From contig JBNMHR010000004.1 of assembly GCA_050872865.1 (NCBI GenBank), positions 19,350 through 83,349 of the forward strand: DNA of 64,000 nucleotides, in the 5' to 3' direction. Position 1 is the first letter of the stretch; every line of letters starts with the position of its first letter. Under the pieces are notes generated by a model. The model did not search any database and was not told the origin of the DNA. It saw nothing but the letters and a program-made list of their open reading frames with translations. Of the stretch, positions 19,694 to 29,741 are shown piece after piece. This DNA is from Faecousia sp. (GTDB lineage: Bacteria; Bacillota; Clostridia; Oscillospirales; Oscillospiraceae). The translations under genes and the position numbers were made by a program.

Positions 19694-20158
19694 ATGTGTC
19701 AATACGAATGCCAATGTCTTCAATGCGGCCAAAAGCGTACATTTGCCTTTCAGCCGCCTTATCCAAAATTTGGAGATGTATTCTCAAGGTACTGCAAAGC
19801 CTGTGCCGCAGACACCGATCATACCCGATCCTTGACAAAGAAAACCGCATCTGAGCTCCGCGCGGCCGAACGGGAACAGGCTTTGCGGCAATCCATCCTG
19901 GATAAATGTGCTGAAAAAGGTTTTCAGTGCAGATTTCTGTACCAGTCTGTGATCATTACGACAAATTTGTCCGATTGGTGCTTTGATTATCATCAGAACA
20001 AAATCACCCTGTATCACGAAAGCACCATAAAAATCAATTTTGCAACCGGGAATTACGCAAAAGCCCACGTCCAGTTTCAAGAGAGGAAAATGGCGCCGCT
20101 GGAAGTAATCGATTACATTGCCGCCCATGATGCCTGGCGTACGGAACATCCATTATGA
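19694..20158 (+). CDS. Hypothetical protein with N-terminal zinc ribbon
   Basis: RBS GGAGG; CLQC...CKAC pairs; terminator hairpin at about 20175-20214. Confidence 0.7.
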   Translation: MCQYECQCLQCGQKRTFAFQPPYPKFGDVFSRYCKACAADTDHTRSLTKKTASELRAAEREQALRQSILDKCAEKGFQCRFLYQSVIITTNLSDWCFDYHQNKITLYHESTIKINFATGNYAKAHVQFQERKMAPLEVIDYIAAHDAWRTEHPL

Positions 20159-20212
20159 TCTGACGCAGAATATTGCCCCCTGCCTTCGTTTTCAGAAAGC
20201 AGGGGGTGTTTT

Positions 20213-21088
20213 TTACTGGTTCGGGTTGCTGGTCTTCTTGGGCACCACAAAGTCCGGGTGCTCGCCCAGCCAGGTGGTTTGGGGCATGCAGGTGAGCAGC
20301 CACATATCCTCCCGGCTGAGTTCAAAGTCAAAGACGTTCAAATTGTCCACCATGTGTGCCCGGGAGCTGGCCTTGGGCAGGGGCATAATGCCCTTTTGCA
20401 GCAGGAAGCGGAGGGCGATCTGGGAGAAGGTTTTGTGGTACTTCTCCGCCAGCGCCAGCAGCACCGGCTCGTTGGTCATGGAACCCCGGCCCAATGGGGA
20501 CCAGGCCTGGACCAGGATCCCCTGCTGCTGGGCGTACTCCCGGGCCGCCTCCTGGGAATAGCCTACGTGGAGCTCCAGCTGGTCCAGTTCCGGCTGGAAT
20601 TCCGTAGCGCCGTTTAAGTTTTCCAGATGGTTGGGCAGATAATTGCACACGCCGATGTGCAGGACCTTTCCTTGCTTTTTCAGCTCCGTCAGGGCCTTCC
20701 AGGAACCTCTGTCCTTTTCCTTCCAATCCGGGTCATTTTCGGTGGATTTGGGCCAGTGCAGCAGGTAAAAGTCCAGGTAGTCGGTTTGCAGCCGGTTCAG
20801 GGTCCGGTCGAAGGCCGCCATGGTCTTGTCGTACCCCAGCTCATCGTGCCAGGCCTTGGAGGCGATCTGGACCTTCTTCCGGTCGATGCCGCTTTCTTTC
20901 AGGGCTTTTCCCAAGTCCCGTTCCGTCTCGTAAAGGGACGCCGTATCGAAATACCGGTAGCCCACCTCGATGGCCGTCTGGATAATGGTGACAAAGTCCT
21001 CCTTCCGGGGACTATAGCAGCCAAACCCGATTTTCGGCACCTTGGTACCGTCTTTTAACGTGTAATATTCCTGTAGCAGCTCCTGCAT
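20213..21088 (-). CDS. Aldo/keto reductase
   Basis: IGFG, DTASLY, SKAW, LLHWP, AWSPLG motifs; promoter TTGATA-N17-TATAAT upstream. Confidence 0.93.
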   Translation of the reverse strand: MQELLQEYYTLKDGTKVPKIGFGCYSPRKEDFVTIIQTAIEVGYRYFDTASLYETERDLGKALKESGIDRKKVQIASKAWHDELGYDKTMAAFDRTLNRLQTDYLDFYLLHWPKSTENDPDWKEKDRGSWKALTELKKQGKVLHIGVCNYLPNHLENLNGATEFQPELDQLELHVGYSQEAAREYAQQQGILVQAWSPLGRGSMTNEPVLLALAEKYHKTFSQIALRFLLQKGIMPLPKASSRAHMVDNLNVFDFELSREDMWLLTCMPQTTWLGEHPDFVVPKKTSNPNQ

Positions 21089-21185
21089 GTTTGTGACCTC
21101 CTATCGGTTTTCGCCCGGATGGGGCTATCTTGGTTTCATTATACCGCACCGATGGAAGGTTATCAAGTACGGAAACCGCCGCAGA

Positions 21186-22109
21186 TCAGGAAATTACGGA
21201 ACGCACCTGTAAAAACAACCACCCCATGATTTCCTCATCATAGGCAAACAGGCCTCCCCCGCCGTGTTCGTTGGGAGCATTCCTGGCCGTAAAGTAATCG
21301 CGGTCCTTGATGTCCAGCACCAGAAGCCTGCCGATCTCTTCCTCCGTAAGGCCTTCTTCCCGATACAGTTCGTACAGGGTATCGTAGGCCTTTTGGGTAG
21401 GCTGGGAGCCGTAGTATTCGTCGTTTCTGCCAATGGCGAAGTACACCGGCACTCGCTGCTTCACCACCGGCTCATAGGCCCCATCCCACTGGGAGCTGAC
21501 CTGGAGGTAGGCCGTGAACAGGTCCGGCCGTTTGCCCATTACAATGGACATGGTCTCTCCCCCGCCGGAGTAACCGTTGGCGTAGACTTTGTTCGAATCG
21601 ATATTGTAGCTCTGTAAAAAATATTCCACCAGAGCAATGGTCTGGTTTGCAGAGGTCTCTCCCCAATCGCTGAGCTGAGGGGCCAGGATGATCATTTCGC
21701 TGTTGTACTTCTGGGCCTCAAATCCAAAGGCTTCGCTTTGGAGATTCCTAGCCACTCCCTGGAAGTACAGGCCCTCGTAGCCGGGCAGGGTGACATACAG
21801 AGCATAGGGCTTGGAACCATCGTAGCTTTCCGGGATAAAAACATTGTAGTGGATATCCCCACGCGTATCGGAGTGGAGCACATTGTCAACGGTAAAATCC
21901 CGATAGGTTTCCGTCCCCGGGGTAACAGCGGCAAGGTTGGACGTCTCCGTTTCTTCCGAAGGGGCTTGGGGTTCCGGAGCTGTTGAAACGGAAACGGTAT
22001 CGCTTGGTGGGTCGGCTTTTAAATTTTGAAGGGACCAACGCACATACACATATCCCAGTAAAATCACCAAAACCGCCGCAATTACCGGAAGCAACCATTT
22101 TCTTTTCAT
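21186..22109 (-). CDS. Membrane-anchored alpha/beta hydrolase (esterase/peptidase-like)
   Basis: N-terminal TM anchor, GYSGGG nucleophile elbow, C-terminal His (NEHG). Confidence 0.8.
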   Translation of the reverse strand: MKRKWLLPVIAAVLVILLGYVYVRWSLQNLKADPPSDTVSVSTAPEPQAPSEETETSNLAAVTPGTETYRDFTVDNVLHSDTRGDIHYNVFIPESYDGSKPYALYVTLPGYEGLYFQGVARNLQSEAFGFEAQKYNSEMIILAPQLSDWGETSANQTIALVEYFLQSYNIDSNKVYANGYSGGGETMSIVMGKRPDLFTAYLQVSSQWDGAYEPVVKQRVPVYFAIGRNDEYYGSQPTQKAYDTLYELYREEGLTEEEIGRLLVLDIKDRDYFTARNAPNEHGGGGLFAYDEEIMGWLFLQVRSVIS

Positions 22110-22768
22110 GCCGTTCCCTTCTTTCGTTTCCGCAGGAGCTTCCTGCCTTCATGGCCCAAAGTCACAAACAGTATCATCATGAGTAGATGGTCCCGCAAGA
22201 ACCAGGCCACGGGCTCTGTGTAATCGTAGAACACGAAATGGCTGCGCAGGGTCAGGTAGTTCCACACATCCCGCCGCAGAAAGGCCGGGATGCCACAGAG
22301 GGCCGCCAGATACCCCAGCATCTGCAGATACCATCCAGCCCGTTGCGGAAGCTTCCATTTTTTACGAAGCATGGTTAAAAGCATCCCCCAATGGGTGCCC
22401 AGGTGCAGGCACATCAGAACAAAGCCCCAGAAAGAGCAGAGAATGTGCATCGGTTCCCACAGCTCATAGCCCCCGTGATTTGGGAGAAAGGTAAAGAGGT
22501 ACTTGGAAAGGAGAATGCCGCTGACCATACAGCCGATCATACACAGGAAAATCAGGCCGTTCAAAACCGTCTGTGCCACCCTGGCAGGAGAATAGCGGCC
22601 CTTCCCTACTGCACCAAACCATTTTTTGTTCCAAACAAGGTGCAGCACAGACAGCACAAACATGCCCATTCCGATCCATTCATGGGCCGCTTCTCCAATG
22701 AGGCCATAGGCCATCAGCAGTGGCAGGGCGACGGTCAAGCCAATGTCCGCCCAAATTTTTCGTTTCAT
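22106..22768 (-). CDS. DUF4405 cytochrome-b-like membrane protein
   Basis: HEWIG...LHL in TM2 and H...WGFVLMCLHLGTHW; six hydrophobic segments. Confidence 0.8.
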   Translation of the reverse strand: MKRKIWADIGLTVALPLLMAYGLIGEAAHEWIGMGMFVLSVLHLVWNKKWFGAVGKGRYSPARVAQTVLNGLIFLCMIGCMVSGILLSKYLFTFLPNHGGYELWEPMHILCSFWGFVLMCLHLGTHWGMLLTMLRKKWKLPQRAGWYLQMLGYLAALCGIPAFLRRDVWNYLTLRSHFVFYDYTEPVAWFLRDHLLMMILFVTLGHEGRKLLRKRKKGTA

Positions 22769-22792
22769 AGGATCAATTTCTGTCCGCCAGAT

Positions 22793-23440
22793 TTACAACC
22801 CCAGCCCATTGACCCACTTCTGTACATCGCTGTCAGAAGCGCCGGAGCGGAACCGCTGGCCCTGCTGCCAGTCGCCGCCGTTTGCCATAGCCGCCAGCAG
22901 AGTGCCGCTTTGACCCATGCCGGAGGAGGAAGAGGTGGCAAAGGGGATCACAGTCTTGCCGGTAAAATCGTTAGCCTTTACAAAGGTATCCATGGGCCAG
23001 GCCGCAATGCCCCACCAGATGGGATAGCCGATGAAGACCGTATCGTAGGAATCCCAGTCCGGAACCTCCGTTGTGGTCAGTTCTACATTCCGCAGGGACT
23101 CATCGTCGTGCTCCCGGCTGACCCGGCTATTCCGGTCGGTCCAATCCAGGTCGCTGCCGGTATACACCTGGGCAGGGACGATCTCAAAAATATCCGCATT
23201 TGCGGTCTCAGCGATGGTCTGCGCCACCTGACGGGTATTGCCGGAAGCAGAGTAGTAGACCACCAGGGTCTTCCCGGAGGCAGCTTCTGCGGTTTCTTCC
23301 TCAGTCTCTTCGGCGGCAGTGGTTTCCTCCGCTGCGGGAGCGGTGGTGGAAGCGGTGGCCACAGGGGCGGCGCTGCTTCCGCAGGCTGTCATGGACAGCG
23401 CCATAGCAGCCGTCAAAAGGATGGCAAATAGCTTTTTCAT
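22793..23440 (-). CDS. Lipoprotein flavodoxin (Flavodoxin_4-like)
   Basis: Lipobox SMTAC, Ala/Thr/Glu linker, YYSASGNT FMN loop, GYPIWWG, PFATSSSSG. Confidence 0.88.
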   Translation of the reverse strand: MKKLFAILLTAAMALSMTACGSSAAPVATASTTAPAAEETTAAEETEEETAEAASGKTLVVYYSASGNTRQVAQTIAETANADIFEIVPAQVYTGSDLDWTDRNSRVSREHDDESLRNVELTTTEVPDWDSYDTVFIGYPIWWGIAAWPMDTFVKANDFTGKTVIPFATSSSSGMGQSGTLLAAMANGGDWQQGQRFRSGASDSDVQKWVNGLGL

Positions 23441-23456
23441 GTTTCTTTCCTCCATT

Positions 23457-24602
23457 TTAGTTTTGGACGTTTGCCTGGATCCAGCTTTCGATGTGGTCCG
23501 CGATCACGTCGTTGTTGAGATCCTGGAACATAAAGTGGTCGTTGCCGGTGATGCCCTCCTGGGGCAGGTCCACCACGGTGCAGTTGCCGCCCTGCTCGTT
23601 ATAGGCATCCCGGAAAGCATAGCAGGTGCTGCGCATCATCTGCCACATACCGGTTGCCTGGATGGCCGGGTCGCCGTTGTCGATGTAGTCGCCAAAGTAC
23701 ATGGTCACCGGGATCTTCCGGTCCAGCACCGCCTGGAAATCCTCGGTGTCCGCACCGGGAGCTCCGCCGGGCTCAATGGCCACGATTGCTGCAATATGCT
23801 CCGTATACTTGGCCGCCGTCCAGCCCGGACCGCCGCCCTGGGAATGGGTGACCAGAATGGAATTCTTGCCGGTGCGCTCGTAGACCTCGTCGATGGTGGC
23901 GGCCACAGCCTTGGCTACGGTCTCGTTGTCAAAGTCCCCGCCCATGTCGGAGGTCATACCCGTATCCGGGGTCATCTGGCGGAAGAACTGGTCCACGGAA
24001 TTTTCGTCATTGGGGAACTGGGAGCCTTCGTTGGCAACGGACTGGCCATTCTCCCAGCGACCGATCCGGAACTGGGTGTACCAGCGCTGATCCAGAGTCT
24101 TGGTACTGATGTCGCCGCTGACGGAGGTCGCGCCTGCTTCTCCCCGCCGAGGCTCATCGATGAGGGACACGCTGTGGCCCTTCCGCAGGAACAGGTTGGA
24201 CCAGCCCTCCCGGCCATCCGGAGTAGTCATCCAGCCCATCCGGGACTGGCCATAGCCATGGAGGAATACCATAGGCAGCCCGGTCTCCTCTGCGGGGATC
24301 TGATAAAGTACATTGGCATGGTCTACATGGGCCGTCTGGCCCGCGCCGGTTTCCTCCCACTGGTTCTCCGGGTCGAAAGTGCCGTCAGAGGTGACGGTAA
24401 TGCCGCCTGCGGAGAACATTCCCTGCTGGGCGATGACCAGGTTGTTATTTTCTTCCTGGGGTTCTGCCGCTTCCGTGGCCTGGGTAGCTGCCTGGGTCGT
24501 AGCAGTGGTTACCGTTGTGCTTCCGGCGGCACAGCCGGAAAGCAGGCTCAGGCTGATGGCACCGCTGAGCAGCAAAGCCGTCAAATTTCGATTCTTTTTC
24601 AT
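23457..24602 (-). CDS. Lipoprotein alpha/beta hydrolase
   Basis: Lipobox LSGC, VFLHG, TPDGREGW, THSQGG, GNDH. Confidence 0.85.
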   Translation of the reverse strand: MKKNRNLTALLLSGAISLSLLSGCAAGSTTVTTATTQAATQATEAAEPQEENNNLVIAQQGMFSAGGITVTSDGTFDPENQWEETGAGQTAHVDHANVLYQIPAEETGLPMVFLHGYGQSRMGWMTTPDGREGWSNLFLRKGHSVSLIDEPRRGEAGATSVSGDISTKTLDQRWYTQFRIGRWENGQSVANEGSQFPNDENSVDQFFRQMTPDTGMTSDMGGDFDNETVAKAVAATIDEVYERTGKNSILVTHSQGGGPGWTAAKYTEHIAAIVAIEPGGAPGADTEDFQAVLDRKIPVTMYFGDYIDNGDPAIQATGMWQMMRSTCYAFRDAYNEQGGNCTVVDLPQEGITGNDHFMFQDLNNDVIADHIESWIQANVQN

Positions 24603-24605
24603 TGT

Positions 24606-25130
24606 TTACAACACTCCTTTTGGTTTTTCACAGGCCCAGGCTTCCAAAGCCGCCAGGTCCTGCTTGAGTTCACTCCCGCGAATGGCAATTCCCTGCTCTA
24701 CGATCCCGCCAGAGGCAAGCGCCTGAATATCCGGGATGCTTCTACCCAGGCCGCCCCCTTCGTGGGTGCAGAATGGGCGAATACGCTTTCCCGAAAAATC
24801 GTAATGCTTCAGGAAGGACGCTACCGGCATAGGGAGGGTGCCCCAGTAATTGGGATACCCCAGGTAGATAACTTCGTAGGCATCGATGCTTTCCGGAAGG
24901 TCTTTCAGTTCCGGACAGTGGCCGGTCAGTAAGTCCTCCCGGGCCTCGTTGATGCAGCGGTAGTAGTCCTTGGGATAGTCCTGTACCGGTTCGATTTTCA
25001 GGCATTCCCCGTTTGTCAGCTTTTGCAGGATACAGGCCAGCACTTCCGTATTGCCCACCTGCAGCTCCCGGACACAGCCGCCCACCAGGTTCTGCCCCTT
25101 CCTTGAATAATAGGCGATCAAACGCTTCAC
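24606..25130 (-). CDS. Cytoplasmic flavodoxin
   Basis: GTG start; YYSRKGQN...VGNT, GYPNYWG, PFCTHEGGG; no signal peptide. Confidence 0.88.
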   Translation of the reverse strand: MKRLIAYYSRKGQNLVGGCVRELQVGNTEVLACILQKLTNGECLKIEPVQDYPKDYYRCINEAREDLLTGHCPELKDLPESIDAYEVIYLGYPNYWGTLPMPVASFLKHYDFSGKRIRPFCTHEGGGLGRSIPDIQALASGGIVEQGIAIRGSELKQDLAALEAWACEKPKGVL

Positions 25131-25251
25131 TTTTTTCTTCCTCCGTCTTCTTCGTACACCCATATTTTAACGAAAATGACATGAAATGGAAGGACAAAAC
25201 AGCTATAATAATCCCAACCAAAAGGTGTGGACCGAAAGGAGTTACCGAACC

Positions 25252-26133
25252 ATGTACGACCGGCATTTGGATACGTTTATCGAGGTTGCCGACTGCGGCA
25301 GCTTTTTGAAAGCCTCCGAGAAGCTGTATATCTCCGCCAACGCGGTGACCAAACAGATCAACCTGCTGGAAAGCGATTTGGGGGTGACCCTATTTCATCG
25401 CAGCAAGCAGGGGCTGAAACTGACGGAGGCCGGCAGCCTCATCTATACGGAGGCCAAGAAAATGATCCGCCACACCAGGACCGTGCTGCAAAAGGCCAAA
25501 GAACTGGAAAACAAACAGGACCATACTCTCCGGCTTGGGGTCTCCCTCATGAATCCCGCCACCATTCTTTTGGAGCACTGGCACAAGGCCGCCGGAGCTT
25601 CCAATTTGCAGCTGGAGGTCGTTCCCTTTGAGGATACCGCCGCCTCCTTCCAGGAGGTGCTGGACAAGCTGGGGGATAAAATCGACCTGGTCCCCTGCCC
25701 CTACGAGACGAACTACTGGGGGGACCGTTACAATTCCTTCCATCTGTGCGACCTGCCGGTGCGCATCACCTGTGCGGCCACCCACCCCTTAGCCGCCAAG
25801 GAAACACTATCCCTGGAAGACCTGTACGGTCAGACGCTTATTTTTGGCCTGGCCAATACCAGTGTCTACGCCGACAATATCCGGCACTTTCTGGAAGGCT
25901 ACCCCCAGATCCACATCCGGGAAAGCCCTGTATTCGACCTGTCTTTATTTAACCAAATCGCCACCTCCTCGGAGCTTCTGGTCTCCGCCGACTGCTGGAA
26001 AAGTGTCCATCCCCTGCTCAAAACCATCCCCGTAGACTGGGACTTTACCATGCCCTACGGCTTTATCTACGCCAAAGAGCCTTCCAGAGAAATGCTGGAG
26101 TTTATTATGGCTATTGGCAATGTGCTGATATAA
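25252..26133 (+). CDS. LysR family transcriptional regulator
   Basis: GSFLKASEKLYIS...KQINLLE...LFHRS...LTEAG HTH; RBS AAGGAG before ATG 25252. Confidence 0.93.
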   Translation: MYDRHLDTFIEVADCGSFLKASEKLYISANAVTKQINLLESDLGVTLFHRSKQGLKLTEAGSLIYTEAKKMIRHTRTVLQKAKELENKQDHTLRLGVSLMNPATILLEHWHKAAGASNLQLEVVPFEDTAASFQEVLDKLGDKIDLVPCPYETNYWGDRYNSFHLCDLPVRITCAATHPLAAKETLSLEDLYGQTLIFGLANTSVYADNIRHFLEGYPQIHIRESPVFDLSLFNQIATSSELLVSADCWKSVHPLLKTIPVDWDFTMPYGFIYAKEPSREMLEFIMAIGNVLI

Positions 26134-26134
26134 C

Positions 26135-26184
26135 AAAAAATGTCATTGCGAACCAGCGCACACTGGCTTGCAATGACATTTTTT
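26135..26184. repeat. Short copy of the TGTCATTGCG REP-like family, probably a bidirectional terminator
   Basis: AAAAAATGTCATTGC...GCAATGACATTTTTT palindrome with internal CCAG/CTGG stem. Confidence 0.75.
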
Positions 26185-26198
26185 CTGCGAAATTTTAT

Positions 26199-27578
26199 TT
26201 ACTTCTGCTCATCCACGGGGGCACCATTTCCGCGCAGTGCTTCCCTTTCGGACAAGCTGATCATCCATTTCCGTTTTCTGAATACAAGCAGAGATACGGC
26301 CAGCCTGAACAGTTCTTCTATGGTAAGCAGCGCGTACACACCTACGATCCCCCATTTAAAAACGTATGCGGCAAGCAGGCAAAGAGGGATCCCGATACAC
26401 CATGTACCGGCCGTATCGATCAGCATGACCAGCTTCGTATTGCCGCCGCTTCTGAGAATGCCGCCGCCGAGGATCATATTTTCCACTTTGATGGGTGCAT
26501 ACAGGGCAAACACCACAAGAAGGATTTTCCCAAGGGCTTTTACGCCATTGTCAACGCGGTAGAAGCCGGTATATGCTCCCGCCAAGCAGATGAGTATTGC
26601 CGATACCGATATCGCCCCCAGTAGCCCGGCGAACATGATCTTCTCCGATTCTCTGTATGCCTCCCCGTACTCTTCCTTTCCAAGCCGTTTTCCAACCATC
26701 ACACCGGCTGCCGCAGACAAACCACTCAAGGCTCCTGTAAGAAGTCCCTGTATTGGGCAGGTAAGGGTATAGGCCGCCAGACTTGCGGTACCAAGATGGC
26801 CATATACCGCAGACTCCACATTCTGCCCAAGACTCCATAAAAACTCGCTGATCAGAATCGGGAGAATCATAACCAGATAATCTTTTGCGGTAAGCTTCCG
26901 GAACCGCAGCGAAAAAATCGGTTTGTCCCCGTCTTTTCTGACGCAAACGACAAACCCAATAAAGATGCATACCAAATTGATGAGCTGTGAAAAAAGTGTT
27001 GCGATCGCCGCCCCCCGGATCCCCATAGGTGAAAAGCCCAGTTTCCCAAAAATGAGTACATAGTTCAGCCCCGTATTGGCGGCGACCGCCCCAAGGCTTG
27101 CAAGAAGCGGGATCGCCGCATGTTCTTTGCAGCGCAGCCAGGCGGATATCACGGAAGAGATTGCCATTGGAATATAGGAAAAGGCCACGATTTTGAAATA
27201 CACGGAGCCACTCCGGAGAATGCCCGTGTCCTTTGTATAAAATCTCAGTATCTGTGCCGGGAAAAGTCCGGACAGCAGCAGGAACAAGGCAGATATCATT
27301 GTTCCGCAAACCAGGCTCACATAAAAGCTGCTCCATGCCTCCTTCGTATCTTCCGCTCCCAGAAACTGCGCGATCAATATTCCCGCAACGGTGCTTACCG
27401 CCCCGATGACTACAGAAAACATCAGGGAATAGTTCCCGCACAGTCCGACGGCGGATATGCTCGTTTCTCCCAGCTGACCGATCATGATCTGATCCACAAT
27501 GGAAAAAGATGCCTGCAGCATACTTTGCAGCGTAACCGGTATGGCGATTTTGCACAATGATCTCATAAAGCCTGACAT
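26199..27578 (-). CDS. MATE family efflux transporter
   Basis: AIPVTLQ, D..MIGQLG, NYVLIFG..G...MGIRGAAIAT motifs; multiple TM helices. Confidence 0.92.
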   Translation of the reverse strand: MSGFMRSLCKIAIPVTLQSMLQASFSIVDQIMIGQLGETSISAVGLCGNYSLMFSVVIGAVSTVAGILIAQFLGAEDTKEAWSSFYVSLVCGTMISALFLLLSGLFPAQILRFYTKDTGILRSGSVYFKIVAFSYIPMAISSVISAWLRCKEHAAIPLLASLGAVAANTGLNYVLIFGKLGFSPMGIRGAAIATLFSQLINLVCIFIGFVVCVRKDGDKPIFSLRFRKLTAKDYLVMILPILISEFLWSLGQNVESAVYGHLGTASLAAYTLTCPIQGLLTGALSGLSAAAGVMVGKRLGKEEYGEAYRESEKIMFAGLLGAISVSAILICLAGAYTGFYRVDNGVKALGKILLVVFALYAPIKVENMILGGGILRSGGNTKLVMLIDTAGTWCIGIPLCLLAAYVFKWGIVGVYALLTIEELFRLAVSLLVFRKRKWMISLSEREALRGNGAPVDEQK

Positions 27579-28588
27579 GTCAGCACCTCCGTACTCTCTC
27601 TTTTGATCAGCCGGACCGGCAGTACGATCCCGGCTTCACAGGCTCTGCCGTCCCGCATTGCCTCAATACACGCAATTGCCTTTTGAGCCCGCAGTGCCGC
27701 GTCCTGATGGACCGTAGTCAGAGCCGGACGGCTTTCCCTGCTTGACAGCGTGTCATCAAAGCCTATGATCTGAACATCCTCTGGAATTCGAATGCCCTTT
27801 CCCTGCAAAAAGCGCATAAACTCCAGGGCATAATTATCAGACACCGCAAAAACAGCTCTTATCCCGCTGCTTAAAAGCTCCGGAAATTGCTTTTCATAAA
27901 AGGCCATCCGGTTTTTCTCCCTATTGGGGATCTGCCAGATATGCGTCTGCCCCGGCGCAAATGCCTTTTGGAATCCGTCTATGCGCTCTTTGTCCATACA
28001 GATATAGTTATCCGAAATACACAGTGCTTTTTTATGCCCAAGCTCTTTAAAATAGCTCCCGGCCTGATAACCGCCATCGTAGTGGTCGATGACAAGATTC
28101 ACAACTTTTGAGCATTTCTCAAAATACCCATCATACACAACAAAGGATATTCTCATCTGATTCCGAAGCGTTTCATAGTCCGCTTCGCAAAAGCCCATGA
28201 GGATCAGCCCATCCATGTTCCACATAGAGGCAAAAACAGGGATTTCCCGGATATCCGCCGTGGTTTTGATCATCAAAAAGTAGCCCTTTTGGTTTACCTC
28301 ATGGGAAAGCGCATTCAGCGAGGACATTACAAAGCCGTCCTCCAGAACCCTCCCTTCATATTTGACGTGGTCATTTACAACCACGCCAATGATCCTGGAA
28401 TTATTTCTGGCAAGTAAGATCCCAGCCATATTGGGAATATAGCCGGTCCTTTCCAGCTCCTGCTGGACACGTTTTACGGTTTCATTTGAAATTTTTTCGG
28501 TTTTCCCATGGATCACCTTAGAAACCGTAGCTGTACTCAGGCCCAGTGCTTCCGCAATATCCACGATTCGAGTGCGGCTCTGTCCCAT
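27563..28588 (-). CDS. LacI family transcriptional regulator
   Basis: IVDIAEALGLSTATVSKV HTH; IPEDVQIIGFDD; LTTV. Confidence 0.92.
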   Translation of the reverse strand: MGQSRTRIVDIAEALGLSTATVSKVIHGKTEKISNETVKRVQQELERTGYIPNMAGILLARNNSRIIGVVVNDHVKYEGRVLEDGFVMSSLNALSHEVNQKGYFLMIKTTADIREIPVFASMWNMDGLILMGFCEADYETLRNQMRISFVVYDGYFEKCSKVVNLVIDHYDGGYQAGSYFKELGHKKALCISDNYICMDKERIDGFQKAFAPGQTHIWQIPNREKNRMAFYEKQFPELLSSGIRAVFAVSDNYALEFMRFLQGKGIRIPEDVQIIGFDDTLSSRESRPALTTVHQDAALRAQKAIACIEAMRDGRACEAGIVLPVRLIKRESTEVLTCQAL

Positions 28589-28787
28589 GTCCATCCCCTC
28601 TTTCCTGTTCCATAATACTGCAAAGAACGGCCTTTCGCAAAGGTTAAACGCATAACCAACGCCAAATTTTGCCGTTTGTTTTTGGGCAATTTTATTGTGA
28701 TTTCCTACAGCGGTGCTGATCCTTTCAAAAGGCAAAAAAATCCCCCCTTTTTATTGGCAAACACCTTAAAAAGAGGGGGCATCTTAT

Positions 28788-29633
28788 TTACTTCTGCTCA
28801 TCCACCGGGGGTACCATTTCCGCGTAGCGCTTCAGCATTTCGGGGGTGCTGGTGTAGTAGCGGACATTCTTGTTGAGCTTTGCGACGGAGGCCATTTCCT
28901 CCTGGGTAAGGGCAAAGTCAAACAGGTCGAAGTTGGCCTGGATGTGGGCCGGATTCTTGGAGCCGGGGATGACGATGTTGCCGGCCTGGATGTGCCAGCG
29001 GAGGATGATCTGGGCGGCGGACTTGCCGTACTTCTTGCCCAATTCGGCGAAAATCGGCTCCTCCAGCAGGGCCTTGTCGCCATGGCCCAGAGGGTACCAG
29101 GCCTGGGCCACCATGCCGTTCTCCTTCAGGAAGGCCTTCAGCTGAGGCTCCTGATGGTAGGGGTGCAGCTCGGTCTGCAGGACGGTGGGCTTCACCTCGC
29201 AAACGTACAGAATCTCCTTGATCTGCTCGATGTTGAAGTTAGACAGGCCGATGGCACGGACCTTGCCCTCTTTATAGGCCTTTTCCATCTGCTTGTAGCC
29301 CGCAATGTAGTTTCCGGCAGGCTGATGGATGAGAAGCAGATCGATATAGTCGGTATCCAGCCGGGCCAGGGTCTTCTCTACCGCATCGTGGTCCTCATAG
29401 AAAGCGGGCCACAGCTTGGTTTCCAGGAAGATCTCCTGCCGCCGGAGGCCGGACTTCTTCATGGCCCGGCCCACAGCCTTCTCGTTGACATAGGCGTTGG
29501 CGGTATCGATGAGCCGGTAGCCATCTGCCAAAGCGCTGACGCAGGAGGCCTCTGCCTCGTCAGGGCTTAAAAGGAAGGTGCCAATACCGGCCATAGGCAT
29601 TTTCACGCCGTTATTTAGAGTTGCGTATTCCAT
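28788..29633 (-). CDS. Aldo/keto reductase
   Basis: LNNGVKMP, IDTANAY, TKLW, LLIHQP, AWYPLG, IPGS. Confidence 0.94.
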   Translation of the reverse strand: MEYATLNNGVKMPMAGIGTFLLSPDEAEASCVSALADGYRLIDTANAYVNEKAVGRAMKKSGLRRQEIFLETKLWPAFYEDHDAVEKTLARLDTDYIDLLLIHQPAGNYIAGYKQMEKAYKEGKVRAIGLSNFNIEQIKEILYVCEVKPTVLQTELHPYHQEPQLKAFLKENGMVAQAWYPLGHGDKALLEEPIFAELGKKYGKSAAQIILRWHIQAGNIVIPGSKNPAHIQANFDLFDFALTQEEMASVAKLNKNVRYYTSTPEMLKRYAEMVPPVDEQK

Positions 29634-29709
29634 TGTTGTTTCCTCCTTTGTTTTGTTGATTGGATTATATCCGGTTTTTTCCGAAAATGGAACGCTCTAA
29701 AAGCGTTCT

Positions 29710-29735
29710 CCCATCCAACCAAAAGGTTGGATGGG
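29710..29735. promoter_or_regulatory. Palindrome CCCATCCAACC-AAAA-GGTTGGATGGG, candidate LysR operator
   Basis: The core CCAACCAAAAGGT recurs at 25214-25226 in the lysR/flavodoxin divergent region. Confidence 0.55.
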
Positions 29736-29741
29736 GAAAAA

